From Candidatus Latescibacterota bacterium (GTDB lineage: Bacteria > Latescibacterota > UBA2968 > GCA-2709665): a DNA stretch of 64,000 bases. Every line of letters starts with the position of its first letter. Position 1 is the first letter of the stretch. A program made the position numbers and the translations under genes. The notes beneath the pieces were generated by a model. The model saw only the letters and a program-made list of their open reading frames with translations, was not told where the DNA came from and did not search any database. The DNA is taken from the NCBI GenBank assembly GCA_965205485.1, contig OZ242180.1:4448001-4512000 (forward strand), in the 5' to 3' direction. This document shows positions 30,217 through 38,480 of the stretch, piece after piece.

Positions 30217-30675
30217 CTAATCCATTTCAGGTTGTCCAGCGCCGAGACCCGGATGCCGGTACGTGTACAGAAAGCCGATTAAACCAAGCTGGATGAGGGC
30301 GCCGGGCGCCAGTACCGGGAGGGCGCCGTGCGCCGACCTGGATATCAGGTCCCAGCCGCTTAGCTTCGAATACATCTCCAATTCGAAATCCAGGTTCGCA
30401 TCGAAGTGAATCCAGACACCCACGATCCCGACCAGCACGAACGCCAGCATCGCCAGCCGGAACAACCGCAGGACAACTGGCCCCTTAAAGACCAGATGCA
30501 CCGCCTGCAAAATGAGACCCAGTCCCAGAAGCGCCAGAGGCACCTGTTGCCGCCACTCCTTGAAATGCTCCAGCAGAAGCAATTCAGCGACCAGCCCGGC
30601 GCTTCCAAGGATGAAGATCAACAGGAGGCCCTGCCGCAAGGTGCCTCTGCCGCGTCGTCTGATTGCGTCTGTCAT
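30217..30675 (-). CDS. hypothetical membrane protein (about 4 TM)
   Basis: Hydrophobic segments; ELLLLEH and PVLAPG motifs. Confidence 0.7.
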   Translation of the reverse strand: MTDAIRRRGRGTLRQGLLLIFILGSAGLVAELLLLEHFKEWRQQVPLALLGLGLILQAVHLVFKGPVVLRLFRLAMLAFVLVGIVGVWIHFDANLDFELEMYSKLSGWDLISRSAHGALPVLAPGALIQLGLIGFLYTYRHPGLGAGQPEMD

Positions 30676-30751
30676 TATCCGGACTCTTCGCTTCGGGTCC
30701 GCAATTCGTCACGAGGAGGACACGTCATATAGGGCTCGCCCGACCTTCAGG

Positions 30752-31630
30752 TCAAGGTACGCCATATAACGCGAACGAAAAATTCGGCGCCGGATCCACC
30801 AGGCCGGATCTCTCGTTCAGGTACCGGCGTTTCTGCTCGCGGGCCGGGAGGTCTTCCAGTTCCGCAAAGCCGAACCCGGACATCACGTCCTTCAACTCCT
30901 CCGGCATGAACGTGGACAGCATCGGCTCTCCTCGACGCGCCACGAAGCGGTCCAGTCTATCGGCGAACGGGAGGCTTTCCGCAGGAACGAGGTTCCTATC
31001 CAGCTTATAGTCCAGAACCAGGCGGCTGCCGGGGGCAACAACGCCGACGACACGACCCAGCGTCTCACGTATCGCGTCTTTTGAGAGATAGTAGGTCGTA
31101 CCCAGCCAGGAAAAGAACGACGGCGTCAGAGGATCGAACCCAGCTTTAGCAAGCGCTTCGTCAAGGCGATCGGTTTCAAAGTCGATGGGAACGAACACCA
31201 GATTCGCTGGAATCTCACCAAAGACCTTCAGCACCCTTTCGCGCTTCATTTCCTGAGTCGCAGGATGATCCAGTTCATATATCCGCAAACTGTCCGAACC
31301 CGCGTCCTGGCGCATGGAAAACGTATCCAGTCCGGCCCCGAGAATGACGTACTGCGTGACGCCCGCGCCCACGGCGTCCATAAGGCGGTCTTCGGCATAT
31401 CGGGACCGCAGCACGATTTCGGTGTGTATCGGACGAAACGCGCGGAACACCGTGTGAACGGTTATCCAGCTTGACAGGCGGTGCCTGGCAATCCCCCGCC
31501 AGAATCCCGAAATCATGTCAAATGCGTAGGTATCCGCGAAGATCGGCGACGCGTGCCAGCGGCAATGATACGCGCGCACGCATGCCGCCAGGTTCGCCGT
31601 CCTGCTGGCCCTGTTCGCCTGCGATGTCAT
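30752..31630 (-). CDS. SAM-dependent methyltransferase (LCM/YktD-like)
   Basis: SRTA, QYVILGAGLDT, YELDHPATQ, SWLGTTYYL. Confidence 0.9.
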   Translation of the reverse strand: MTSQANRASRTANLAACVRAYHCRWHASPIFADTYAFDMISGFWRGIARHRLSSWITVHTVFRAFRPIHTEIVLRSRYAEDRLMDAVGAGVTQYVILGAGLDTFSMRQDAGSDSLRIYELDHPATQEMKRERVLKVFGEIPANLVFVPIDFETDRLDEALAKAGFDPLTPSFFSWLGTTYYLSKDAIRETLGRVVGVVAPGSRLVLDYKLDRNLVPAESLPFADRLDRFVARRGEPMLSTFMPEELKDVMSGFGFAELEDLPAREQKRRYLNERSGLVDPAPNFSFALYGVP

Positions 31631-31676
31631 TCCCGACTGATCTGAAGCCACTCGACACCTCGTTCGCGATAACAAT

Positions 31677-32204
31677 CTACGCGGATTTCCCGTCCACGAA
31701 TCTGGCCAGGACCAGGCCGGCAAGAGTCCATGCGATCAGCGTATCCAGAATGATCACGAGCGTGTACGACGTGGAGAAGCCGAACCAGTTCCAATACGGA
31801 AAGTGGCTTACGAATCCGATGGCCACGCCCGCGAGCGCCACGAAGCGGACACGTCCCCAGTAGTCCAGGTTCGACGTCTTGCACAGAAGAAGAAGGACGA
31901 GCAGCGCGGAGATCGCCTGACCAAGTACGGCGACGACCATCATCCCACCCATGCCCGATTCAACGCCGTCGGGCAAGACGTTCGCGAGTGCGAACAACAC
32001 CCCGGGCTTGAGGTCTTCCTGCGCAAAGGGAAGATAATACATCCCGGCCGAAGGCGCGTTTTCCTTGAGGACCGATGAAACGGCCGATTCGTCCGCGAAT
32101 TTGTTCGCAACCGCATTGTGCCAGGGCAATATCGTCCACGAGACGAACCCCCAGACGAACAGGACTACGGCGGACAGAACGACAGCGAGTATACAGTTCT
32201 TCAC
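31677..32204 (-). CDS. hypothetical membrane protein
   Basis: GGAGG RBS, GTG start, 4 hydrophobic segments, PYWNWFGF. Confidence 0.75.
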   Translation of the reverse strand: MKNCILAVVLSAVVLFVWGFVSWTILPWHNAVANKFADESAVSSVLKENAPSAGMYYLPFAQEDLKPGVLFALANVLPDGVESGMGGMMVVAVLGQAISALLVLLLLCKTSNLDYWGRVRFVALAGVAIGFVSHFPYWNWFGFSTSYTLVIILDTLIAWTLAGLVLARFVDGKSA

Positions 32205-32274
32205 GAAGAGACCTCCTTCAAGCGGTTAACCTCGATTCGAGAATAGAAAACTGCTCAATTGGCCATGAAGAGCC

Positions 32275-32546
32275 TGAATGCGGGTAGAGGGTAGACCAAA
32301 AGCGGTGAGACGGTAGCCGGTAGAGGGTAGAGAACCACACGACACCCCACCACTTGGTGAGACGTAAGCCGGGAGAGGGTAGAGATTACCTGCCTTGCGA
32401 GGTTTCATTTCGTGCCGGAGGCAACTATGAATAACATACCCGGCAATGATATCATCTACCGTCTTACCTCTTCCGTCTCCCCTTATTTATTCTCCCGTCT
32501 TGCGTCTCCCCGCTTTTTAAGGGGCCGGCGGAAGAGGTCCCGGACT
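32275..32546. repeat. heptamer-repeat fold-back element family C, copy 1
   Basis: GGTAGAG/GGTGAGAC units on the left, complementary GTCTTAC/GTCTCCC units on the right; homologous to the reverse complement of 44821-45010. Confidence 0.8.
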
Positions 32547-32908
32547 CAGTCGCCGACGTACTGGCGCAGTTCGAAGACGTTGCCTACCGGATCGGCGATG
32601 ACGGCGATGCGCACGGGTATGCCGCCCCCGGCCTCCCGGACATTCCTGACCTCACCGCCGCCGGCCGCGACTTCCTTCACGGCGGCATCGAGATCGTCCA
32701 CGTGGAGATTCAGACCGGCGTGCGCGACCGTGCCCTCCGTCATACCCTGGGACAGGATATGGAGCGCCACGATGCATCCTCCGCAGCGTAGCGTACTCCA
32801 TCCCGTCGATTCGAATTCCACGTTCAGTCCGAGGACGTCGCGGTAAAACGGCAACGCTCTGTCCATATCATTGACGTAATGGACGACCATGGGTTGTGTA
32901 GCGTTCAC
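32546..32908 (-). CDS. VOC/glyoxalase protein
   Basis: VNDMDRALPFYRDVLGL ... ADPVGNVFEL. Confidence 0.88.
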   Translation of the reverse strand: MNATQPMVVHYVNDMDRALPFYRDVLGLNVEFESTGWSTLRCGGCIVALHILSQGMTEGTVAHAGLNLHVDDLDAAVKEVAAGGGEVRNVREAGGGIPVRIAVIADPVGNVFELRQYVGD

Positions 32909-32920
32909 GGAATTCTCCCT

Positions 32921-33027
32921 TTCGAAAAAACGATACTACGAGAATACGAAAAACCAAAAAGCGCGAAACTACGAAAAGGCGCGAGACTACGAAAAACCGA
33001 AAGAGTGCGAAACTGCGAATCTCGCGA
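32921..33027 (+). repeat. degenerate 8-9 nt tandem repeat (CGAAA core)
   Basis: ACGATACT ACGAGAAT ACGAAAAA ... GCGAAACT ACGAAAAG GCGCGAGACT ACGAAAAA ... GCGAAACT GCGAATCT. Confidence 0.7.
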
Positions 33028-33031
33028 TGGG

Positions 33032-33766
33032 TCAATCCACGGCCGCAAATAGAGGCGGCACCAGGAGCATCACCCCGAATGCCATCAGGGCCATGTACAG
33101 AACACGCTGAAATCGTTCGGGTGCAATGCGCGCGCCGATGAAGCGGCCCAGCACCACGGCAAGAATGACGGCGGGTACGGCCGGCAGATAGAATCCGAAG
33201 ACGTCCCCCGTCCACAGTCCCGCCAACCCGTGGCTGGCTACGATGAGCAGCGTCGACGGCAAGAAGTACCCCTGAAGCGTCGCTCTGAAGCTTTCCGGGG
33301 GCCATCGCCGCAGGATCCCGTAGACGGCCACCGGCGCGGCGTTGACATTGTATGCGGCGCCGAATACGCCGGACACGAAGCCGAACGCGTACGCCCAACC
33401 GATAGGTTCCAGCTTCGGCAGGACGGGCGTCGAAAGGTTGTACAGACTGACGGCGATGAGCAAAATCCCCAGTACAACCTTGAAGACATCCTGTGGTACG
33501 TGACTCAGGATCAGCAGACCGACAGGAATACCGGGTATCGATGCGGCGAGCAAATGTAACGCGGACCTGACCTCCAGGTCCCGCCAGGTCCGGACCAGAA
33601 GCAGGGCGATTGTCGTCAGCATCGTCAGCCCGACCAGAGGCGTCGCTACTTCAACGTTCACTACTGTCACGAGCAACGGCATTGCTACCAGGGCCGTCCC
33701 GAACCCGAGCGTCGAATGGACCAACGCTGCCACAAACACGATGGCGACTACCGTAAACAATAGCAT
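33032..33766 (-). CDS. TauE/SafE family sulfite exporter
   Basis: STLGFGTALVAMP; about 8 TM; second repeat GFVSGVFGAAYNVNAAP. Confidence 0.88.
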   Translation of the reverse strand: MLLFTVVAIVFVAALVHSTLGFGTALVAMPLLVTVVNVEVATPLVGLTMLTTIALLLVRTWRDLEVRSALHLLAASIPGIPVGLLILSHVPQDVFKVVLGILLIAVSLYNLSTPVLPKLEPIGWAYAFGFVSGVFGAAYNVNAAPVAVYGILRRWPPESFRATLQGYFLPSTLLIVASHGLAGLWTGDVFGFYLPAVPAVILAVVLGRFIGARIAPERFQRVLYMALMAFGVMLLVPPLFAAVD

Positions 33767-33775
33767 ATTGAACCG

Positions 33776-34720
33776 TCAGGAAGTGGCCCGAAGTCCGTCG
33801 AACCAGCGATCGAAATCGAACGGCGTTTCGAAGTCGGCCAGCCAATCGTCGGTAACCGGCTCCAGCTTGCCGTGGTCGGTATCGAGTACAGCAAGACAGC
33901 CAGGCTGAAATCCTTGCGCTTCAGGGTGATACAGCGGCGAAGCAACCACGCAATCGAGTCCGAGATACGTCGTCTGCCCATAGTGGGTGGGCCCGGAAAG
34001 GACATGGGCGTGACCGGCCACGTGAAACGTCGGGCGAGTACTCTCGATCAGGTCAGTGATCATGCGAGATCCATGAATGTTGCCTCTGAATCCGGTGCTG
34101 CTGCCGTACGGACCCTGATGAGTCACAAGCACGTCGATGCTTCCAGGCCCCAGAGCCAGAAGCGCTTCATACGCACCGCGATTTATGCCTGCTGCATCGC
34201 TGCGTTCCTCGACACCGCCGAGAAACGCGAATCGTAGTTTGCCGAACCTCATCACCGTACCGTCCGGGACGTAACGCAACAGTCCGAAACGATCGACGGC
34301 CGCTGTACCGGAACCCGAATCCCGCGGCAGTTGTTCCAGCCAGTTGAATTCTTCGTGATTGCCGCGAATGAAATGGACGGGCGTTCCAATGGATCCACCC
34401 AGCGTCGACAACGCCTCTGCGAGATCGGCGTCAGCTTGCATCTGACGAACAAAGTCGCGTTGTGACGGGTCCAGGGCAAAATGACGATTGGCGGTCTGCT
34501 CCAGGCTGGACATGTCCCGAAACGCTCCCATGTCCCCTACCTGAATCAGCATGTCGAAACGCCGGCCGTTTTGTTTCTGCCACGTTACAATCAGGGCGAG
34601 TGCGTGAAGCACACGCCCGTGCAAGTCACCTACAAAGCCAATGAGCACCTTTGTTACCGAGTTCTCCTTTCCGGGGTTCTCCCGGATCCCCTCCCAATGC
34701 GTATCTCCATCTCCGCGCAA
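33776..34720 (-). CDS. metallophosphoesterase
   Basis: GDLHG, GDMG, GNHE, THQG, GHAH; true start probably downstream of 34720. Confidence 0.82.
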   Translation of the reverse strand: MRGDGDTHWEGIRENPGKENSVTKVLIGFVGDLHGRVLHALALIVTWQKQNGRRFDMLIQVGDMGAFRDMSSLEQTANRHFALDPSQRDFVRQMQADADLAEALSTLGGSIGTPVHFIRGNHEEFNWLEQLPRDSGSGTAAVDRFGLLRYVPDGTVMRFGKLRFAFLGGVEERSDAAGINRGAYEALLALGPGSIDVLVTHQGPYGSSTGFRGNIHGSRMITDLIESTRPTFHVAGHAHVLSGPTHYGQTTYLGLDCVVASPLYHPEAQGFQPGCLAVLDTDHGKLEPVTDDWLADFETPFDFDRWFDGLRATS

Positions 34721-34782
34721 ACAAAAACCGCCACCCTCGAAAGACCGGAAAGCAGCGATTGGTAGCGGACGACATCAAGGGC

Positions 34783-35349
34783 TCAGACCTCCATGATCTC
34801 CTCTTCCTTCCGCGCCAGCAACTTGTCGATTTCCTCCACGAAATCGTCGGTCAGCTTCTGCACCTGGTCCTGACCCTTTCTGGAGTCGTCTTCAGGTATC
34901 TCGCCCTCTTTCTGACCGTCTTTCAACATCTCGTTGGCGTCCCGCCGGGCATTTCTTACTGAGACCTTGCTGTCTTCCGCCATCTGGCGCACCACGCGCA
35001 CGAGTTCCGTGCGGCGTTCCTCCGTCAGGTGGGGTATCGGCAAGCGGATAACGGTCCCGTCACTGGACGGCGTGAGGCCCAGGTTCGACGTCTGGATGGC
35101 CTTTTCAATGGCCGGAATCGCGCTCTTGTCCCACGGCTGAAGTACGATCAGCCTCGGCTCCGGTATGCCGATGGTCGCAACCTGGTTCAGCGGCACCTGG
35201 GCGCCGTAATATTCGGCGCGAATATTGTCCAGCAGCGCCGTGTTTGCCCGTCCCGTTCGAACCGTTGACATTTCGTGCTGAAACGCTTCCACGGCTCTCG
35301 TCATCGATTGCCTGGTCTCTGAAAGAATCTCGTCAACCATCTCCTGCAT
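34783..35349 (-). CDS. frr: ribosome recycling factor
   Basis: VRTGRA, YYGAQVPLNQVA, LTEERR, VRNARRDAN. Confidence 0.97.
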   Translation of the reverse strand: MQEMVDEILSETRQSMTRAVEAFQHEMSTVRTGRANTALLDNIRAEYYGAQVPLNQVATIGIPEPRLIVLQPWDKSAIPAIEKAIQTSNLGLTPSSDGTVIRLPIPHLTEERRTELVRVVRQMAEDSKVSVRNARRDANEMLKDGQKEGEIPEDDSRKGQDQVQKLTDDFVEEIDKLLARKEEEIMEV

Positions 35350-35364
35350 CCCTTCGTGAAAAAC

Positions 35365-35964
35365 TCAGCTCTCCTCTCCAAGAACGAACCGCTCGAATCG
35401 CCTGACGGTCACGTTTTCGCCGCACTGGGCGATCAGATCCATCAACAGGTCTCTTACGGTCTTGTCCGGATCCTTCACGAAAGGCTGTTCCATAAGGCAC
35501 ACATCCTGATAATACTTCTCCAGACGCCCTTCCACGATCCGGTCGAGAACCCGTTCGGGCTTGCCCTCATCCAGCGCCTGCTGCCTGAAGATCCTTCGTT
35601 CCCGCTCGATGTTCGCCTCATCCAGCTGGTCCCGGCTCACGGCAACCGGCGCGCTGGCCGCGATGTGCATTGCAAGGTCCCTGGCGAAAGTCTGGAACTG
35701 ATCCGTTCGGGCAACGAAATCGGTCTCGCTGTTGACCTCCAGCATCACGCCGAGCTTGCTGCCGGTGTGAATGTAAGACGTAATCAAACCTTCCTTCGCC
35801 GTCCTGTTCGCACGGTCTTCCGCCTTGGCGACGCCACGCGTCCGCAGCAGCTCGATGGCCTTCTCCATATCCCCGTCGCTCTCGACGAGGGCCTTCTTGC
35901 AATCCATCATCCCCACGTTGGTCTTGGCCCGCAGTTCCTGAACCATCTTCGCAGAAATAGCCAT
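35365..35964 (-). CDS. tsf: elongation factor Ts (short form)
   Basis: ELRAKTNVGMMDCKKAL, EVNSETDFVA; 199 aa. Confidence 0.97.
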   Translation of the reverse strand: MAISAKMVQELRAKTNVGMMDCKKALVESDGDMEKAIELLRTRGVAKAEDRANRTAKEGLITSYIHTGSKLGVMLEVNSETDFVARTDQFQTFARDLAMHIAASAPVAVSRDQLDEANIERERRIFRQQALDEGKPERVLDRIVEGRLEKYYQDVCLMEQPFVKDPDKTVRDLLMDLIAQCGENVTVRRFERFVLGEES

Positions 35965-35997
35965 TTGTTCTCCCCGCAGGCGTGCGCCTTCCGGACG

Positions 35998-36762
35998 TTA
36001 TTCGTTGACTTCGGTGATTTCGGTAATCTCGGGACCAAGCATCTGGGGTTCGTCGTCTGTACGATCGGGACCTTCTATTCGGATCTTATGTCCCTCCAGC
36101 ACCGCGTCGGCGACCAGGCGTGTGATGAGTCCGATGGACCGGATGGCGTCGTCGTTTCCTGGAATCGGATAGTCGACGTCGTCCGGATTGCAGTTGGTGT
36201 CGACGATGGCCACGACCGGAATATTGAGACGTCTCGCTTCATGTACGGCGATCTTTTCCTTCTTTATGTCGACCACGAATACCAGTCCGGGCAGGCGGCC
36301 CATATCACGGATACCGCTCAAGGACCGCTCCAGCTTCTCACGCTCGCGCTCCAGCCGCAGTACCTCTTTCTTCGTCAACTTCTCGTAGGTCCCGTCCGCG
36401 CCCATCTTGTCGAGCGATTCGAGGCGCCGTATGCTCTGGCGAATGGTCTGGTAGTTCGTCAGCATGCCCCCAAGCCAGCGCTCGGTTACGTGGAACATCT
36501 CGCAGCGCTTCGCTTCGCGAAGAATCACGTCCTTCGCCTGCTTCTTGGTCCCCACGAAAAGTATCGATTCACCGCGTTCCACGGCCTCGCTGATCACACG
36601 GTAGGCTTCTTCGATCTGCCTCAGCGTTTTCTGCAGATCGATGATGTAGATGCCGTTGCGTTCAATGAAGATGAATTTTCTCATCTTCGGGTTCCAGCGG
36701 CGGGTCTGGTGCCCGAAGTGGACACCGGCCTCCAGCAGGGCCTTCATTTCTACAACAGCCAT
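35998..36762 (-). CDS. rpsB: 30S ribosomal protein S2
   Basis: [46 protein letters not shown] before ATG 36762. Confidence 0.98.
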   Translation of the reverse strand: MAVVEMKALLEAGVHFGHQTRRWNPKMRKFIFIERNGIYIIDLQKTLRQIEEAYRVISEAVERGESILFVGTKKQAKDVILREAKRCEMFHVTERWLGGMLTNYQTIRQSIRRLESLDKMGADGTYEKLTKKEVLRLEREREKLERSLSGIRDMGRLPGLVFVVDIKKEKIAVHEARRLNIPVVAIVDTNCNPDDVDYPIPGNDDAIRSIGLITRLVADAVLEGHKIRIEGPDRTDDEPQMLGPEITEITEVNE

Positions 36763-36775
36763 ACACCCCTCCATT

Positions 36776-36961
36776 GAAGCTGCTTTAAAAACCCCGGCGG
36801 TCTTCGCGCGGCTGCAAAAGCGCCGGTCGGCGTTGGCCAAACCCACCCGTCTTACGAGATCGAGGCTGCGCTTGCTCGCCTCTCATAGCCGGGTTTTCCC
36901 ACCTTGACCGTCACTTTTTCGCTCGCGCTCGGGAACTCACCAGTGATTTTAAAACAGCTTC
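36776..36961. mobile_element. MITE family A, full copy (186 bp)
   Basis: Terminal inverted repeats GAAGCTGCTTTAAAA / TTTTAAAACAGCTTC (14/15 match); related copies at 18147 and 42032. Confidence 0.8.
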
Positions 36962-36971
36962 TGATACTTCA

Positions 36972-37046
36972 GGTTAATCCTCTGTGACCGTCATTCCGCA
37001 GACCCATCGGAAACCGACACCCGGCCTGAGGTCGGGACACATGTGA
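36972..37046 (-). promoter_or_regulatory. putative S2 (rpsB) autoregulatory leader RNA (t44-like)
   Basis: Minus strand TCACATGTG...stem...CACAGAGGATTAACC resembles the CACAC..../GAGG..TAACC boundaries of the rpsB leader; position upstream of rpsB. Confidence 0.6.
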
Positions 37047-37097
37047 AATAGGCGCGTCGCCACGTGCGCGACACGCCGATGGCTGAACATCCATCGA

Positions 37098-37490
37098 TCA
37101 GCGCTTCGAAAACTGGAACCGTTTGCGCGCGCCCGGGCGGCCCGGCTTCTTACGCTCCACCTCTCGCGCGTCTCGGGTCAACAGCCCGGCCTCGCGCAGC
37201 GGCGTCTTGAGCTCTTCGTTCAGGGCAAGCAGACCCCTGGCGATACCCAGCCGAACGGCCCCGGCCTGGCCGCTGAGACCACCGCCCTTGGCGCTGGCAA
37301 CGATGTTGTATTGTCCGACCGTCTCCGTAACCGTCAGCGGCTGCTCGACGATCATCACCAGCGTCTCTCGCTTCAGATAATCCAGTATCGGCCTGCCGTT
37401 GATGGTGATTTCCCCGGATCCGGGAAACAGCTTCACGTTTGCCGTGGCCGACTTGCGCCGGCCTCTGGCAGAAGCAAGGATCTCTGCCAA
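37098..37490 (-). CDS. rpsI: 30S ribosomal protein S9
   Basis: GRRKSA, GGGLSGQAGA, LTRDAREVERKKPG, QFSKR; TTG start with AGGAGG. Confidence 0.98.
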   Translation of the reverse strand: MAEILASARGRRKSATANVKLFPGSGEITINGRPILDYLKRETLVMIVEQPLTVTETVGQYNIVASAKGGGLSGQAGAVRLGIARGLLALNEELKTPLREAGLLTRDAREVERKKPGRPGARKRFQFSKR

Positions 37491-37534
37491 GACCCTACCT
37501 CCTCTCGTTCATCGATTCCTTCAAACTGCGGGAT

Positions 37535-37969
37535 TCAAGCAAGGTCGATCGCTTCGGGCGCCTGACTGTCGTGCGGATGATCGGGACCCGCGTAAATCCG
37601 GACCTTCTTCATCATCCTGCGACCCAGTTTCGTGCGTGGCAACATTCCCCGTATCGCATGCTCCAGCACGAACTCCGGCTGCGTTTCGAGCGCCCGCTTG
37701 AGGGTTTTGGTTTTCAGGCCGCCTGGATATCCGCTGAATCGTGTATACACCTTCTGGTCCGGTTTATTTGCGCCCTTGACCGTAATCTTGTCGGAGTTGA
37801 CCACGATAACGTGATCGCCGGTATCCACGTGGGATGTAAAATACGGCCTGTGTTTGCCCATCAGGATCCGGGCAACCTCGCTGGCAAAACGACCCAGCAC
37901 CTTACCCTCGGCATCAGCCAGAAACCACCTGCGTTCGACGTCAGACTTTTTAGCGCTTGGCGTATTCAT
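37535..37969 (-). CDS. rplM: 50S ribosomal protein L13
   Basis: WFLADAEGKVLGR, GKHRP, DTGDHVIVVN, SGYPGG, GMLP. Confidence 0.98.
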   Translation of the reverse strand: MNTPSAKKSDVERRWFLADAEGKVLGRFASEVARILMGKHRPYFTSHVDTGDHVIVVNSDKITVKGANKPDQKVYTRFSGYPGGLKTKTLKRALETQPEFVLEHAIRGMLPRTKLGRRMMKKVRIYAGPDHPHDSQAPEAIDLA

Positions 37970-38050
37970 AAATCCGAACGGCGTCCGCATCGACGCCGAA
38001 TTCAAACTCACCCCCTCTCCGTGACAAATCCACGCATTGTCAAGCCTCAG

Positions 38051-38079
38051 AAGATATAGAGCTCGTGTGACTTTGTCAA
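38051..38079 (-). promoter_or_regulatory. sigma70-like promoter of rplM operon
   Basis: TTGACA-17 nt-TATCTT. Confidence 0.6.
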
Positions 38080-38093
38080 GCACAAACCCGATT

Positions 38094-38160
38094 CAGCCCG
38101 TTGCAAAGGCCCCTCCGGGCCACGCCCGGTTCCCGCCCGCGGAGCGACTTTATCAACATA
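38094..38160. mobile_element. MITE family D, internally deleted degenerate copy
   Basis: Begins CAGCCCGTTGCAAAG and carries GAGCGACTTTATCAAC, both matching the ends of 44481-44640 in reverse orientation. Confidence 0.6.
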
Positions 38161-38170
38161 CCCCTGAGAC

Positions 38171-38427
38171 AAAAAATGCGCCGCGATTCGGGAGCCGGTA
38201 CACCGGCCACATCTCCTCACGGCGCAACTCTTGAGACGGCTTCCATCTCACGGCGCCCCGCACGAGTCGCCGGGGCCCGTCAATACGACGGATCGCCTGT
38301 CTTTCGATGGCTGTTTAGATTCGCCAGGCGCGTTACCAGACGAGATGTTCTCCCGCACCCGGCAGCGCACCTAACTACAGCCACCTCCACTGGTCGTTTC
38401 GCTCATTTGACCACCTCCTTTCTGTGT
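38171..38427 (-). ncRNA. candidate structured small RNA / sORF transcript (~255 nt)
   Basis: Own promoter, series of hairpins, GC-rich terminal stem followed by TTTTTT. Confidence 0.55.
38371..38406 (-). CDS. 11-aa small ORF MSETTSGGGCS
   Basis: AAAGGAGGTG at 38412-38421, ATG at 38406, TAG at 38371-38373. Confidence 0.45.
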   Translation of the reverse strand: MSETTSGGGCS

Positions 38428-38433
38428 AAGCGA

Positions 38434-38462
38434 AATATACGCCACCCGAAAAGGGAAGTCAA
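38434..38462 (-). promoter_or_regulatory. sigma70-like promoter of the candidate sRNA/sORF
   Basis: TTGACT-17 nt-TATATT. Confidence 0.7.
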
Positions 38463-38480
38463 AAGCTTTCTCCGGCCTGG

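Noticed and set aside
38248..38373. Amber readthrough or a second GTG-started ~40-aa ORF after the sORF
   Set aside because: No recognisable protein signal and no pyrrolysine machinery in the window; the region is better explained by RNA hairpins.
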